Shown here: in pieces, positions 63,419 to 64,000 of the stretch
Numbering within the stretch: position 1 is the first letter of the stretch
Layout: every line of letters begins with the position of its first letter
NCBI GenBank assembly: GCA_000934665.2
Contig: JYFJ02001157.1
Location: 1-64,000, forward strand
Source of the DNA: Catajapyx aquilonaris
Taxonomy: Eukaryota
Direction of reading: 5' to 3'
Length of the DNA: 64,000 bases
The notes under the pieces: generated by a model
What the model saw: only the letters and a program-made list of their open reading frames with translations
Databases searched by the model: none
What the model was told of the DNA's origin: nothing
Made by a program: the position numbers and the translations under genes

Positions 63419-64000
63419 TTATTGGTACAATGTTTCGTCAACTGCAGAATACACAGTCGGACAGAAATTCTCTGCCAAGTAATTGTACGCCGATACGTCA
63501 TCAGGTTGAATGTCTGAATTCAGCTTGTTCCAAATATGCACCGTGTAACTTTTCTCGAACAAGTCGATCGTTTCAGATGCATAGTCGAACTTAAATAGAT
63601 GAATGTTGTCGTCTTCAGGCACAGGATAAAAATCGTCTCGTCGATAAACATTCGGGATATTTTTACATATTCCTTGCTTTTTGTACAATGAGTTGACATT
63701 ATCAACGCCGCATGTGTCCAGAAGCAACGAAGTGAGCAGCTGGGGTCCTAATGACTGCCTGGAAGATGCTTCAAACTTGATGGGTATCTTCACTAACCAT
63801 TTGCTCAGAAAGGGATGTTTGGAGCGGAACTTCATGACGGCTGTAGATACAGTGTCATCGTCTTGTACAGCCACGAAAGATGGCAAGTCTTCCAATGACT
63901 TCTGCACGATGATGTCTGAGTCCAGGCTTATCCCTCCGTACAGGAACATCAGAGCTGGTTTTACAACGTCGCTGAAGTGATAGATGGCATGAGGTGGGTG
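63419..64000 (-). CDS. Alpha-1,4-glycosyltransferase (A4GALT/A4GNT, GT32 family), 5' part outside the window
   Basis: HFSDVVKPALMFLYGGISLDSD (DXD motif), VSTAVMKF..KHPFL, LGPQLLT, FYPV, YTVHIWN, LAENFCPTVY. The frame is open to the window end. Confidence 0.9.
   Translation of the reverse strand, partial: HPPHAIYHFSDVVKPALMFLYGGISLDSDIIVQKSLEDLPSFVAVQDDDTVSTAVMKFRSKHPFLSKWLVKIPIKFEASSRQSLGPQLLTSLLLDTCGVDNVNSLYKKQGICKNIPNVYRRDDFYPVPEDDNIHLFKFDYASETIDLFEKSYTVHIWNKLNSDIQPDDVSAYNYLAENFCPTVYSAVDETLYQ

Overview
Eukaryotic, intron-rich genomic DNA, very likely from an arthropod (chitin-binding Rebers-Riddiford cuticle domain, MADF-BESS factor, DUF229, TCAGT initiator). Many introns are short (about 45-90 nt), so I rebuilt genes by hand from GT-AG junctions and phase; most ORF-track entries are single exons or shadow frames. 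From left to right: a 3.9-kb TTATGGGTAA-based satellite with seven regularly built fold-back islands; two tandem 11-exon SLC22 transporter genes with an apparent gene-conversion tract; a 7-exon gene for a ~1,640-aa secreted protein joining a chitin-binding domain to ~1,290 residues of Gly-X-Pro repeats and a Cys-containing tail; ~12 kb of repeats, MITE fragments and possible orphan exons; BRWD3/PHIP; mRpL27 head-to-head with a MADF-BESS gene (87 bp between ATGs); and a tight minus-strand run of alpha-1,4-glycosyltransferase, DPY30-domain (DYDC-like) and DUF229 genes. The most notable items are the chitin-anchored silk/collagen-like protein, recurrent hairpin-associated repeat expansions, and the 109-bp glycosyltransferase-DYDC junction. 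No database searches were possible, so all novelty claims are untested.
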